64,000 bases of DNA from Candidatus Bathyarchaeota archaeon (GTDB lineage: Archaea; Thermoproteota; Bathyarchaeia; Bathyarchaeales; Bathycorpusculaceae), in the NCBI GenBank assembly GCA_963782525.1, contig CAWAKC010000011.1:1-64000 (forward strand), in the 5' to 3' direction. Of the stretch, positions 63,732 through 64,000 are shown in pieces. Within the stretch, counting starts at the first letter, position 1, and every line of letters starts with the position of its first letter. The notes beneath the pieces are model-generated. The model was not told the DNA's origin and searched no databases. It worked only from the letters and a program-made list of their open reading frames with translations. Made by a program: the position numbers and the translations under genes.

Positions 63732-63874
63732 TAGTTGTAACCTCTATTAACTCTTTATGTTGGCTTTTTCTTTTTAGATTTTTCGTTGATTTTAAGGGCG
63801 GCCTAATCAATTCCTTCTCTGGTGCCTACCACATCGCGTATAAGTTTTTAAAGACAACTCTATACTGATGGCAC

Positions 63875-64000
63875 ATGCCTGACAAAAAGTTTTACGAAAA
63901 GAGCGTGACGATTGGCACGGAAACCGTCGCTGCTAGAACGTATCGGTGCCCCGTTCATCACGTTGTCTTATTCAGGGTTCCTGCAGACTTACCTGTACCT
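63875..64000 (+). CDS. 5' part of a hypothetical protein (runs off the window)
   Basis: Open frame MPDKKFYEKSVTIGTETVAARTYRCPVHH...; TATA-like TTTTTAAA upstream. Confidence 0.4.
   Translation, partial: MPDKKFYEKSVTIGTETVAARTYRCPVHHVVLFRVPADLPVP

Overview
Archaeal chromosomal window, most likely from a Bathyarchaeia-like (TACK) genome. This is inferred from the archaeal 23S rRNA, psmB-aCPSF1, TFB, SepF, a CdrS-like RHH gene and many secreted beta-propeller/PEF-tail proteins. It contains a stand-alone 23S rRNA gene, lysW, dinB, queT-queC, a complete IS1182-family element, an orphan RnfD fused to an RnfC-type 2x[4Fe-4S] domain, tRNA-Arg(TCT), a kamA/ablA gene coupled to an EctA-family acetyltransferase, a tRNA-metabolism/housekeeping block (mtaB, cysS, lplA, prs, trm11, rnz), larBCE, and an intron-containing tRNA-Arg(CCT) carrying a tandem stack of SSV-type (split-integrase) integrated elements. 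Best candidates for novelty: (1) a preQ1-I-like, two-state structured leader directly upstream of queT-queC, a possible archaeal preQ0/preQ1 riboswitch; (2) a kamA + EctA-family pair, a possible non-orthologous route to N-acetyl-beta-lysine; (3) three serial copies of the trm11 3' end, marking an intragenic insertion hotspot; (4) an array of 12 alternating-orientation AGAAGAAGA/AGAACAACA motifs upstream of tfb; (5) a REP-like palindromic repeat used as the IS1182 target. All calls are by eye, with no database searches.
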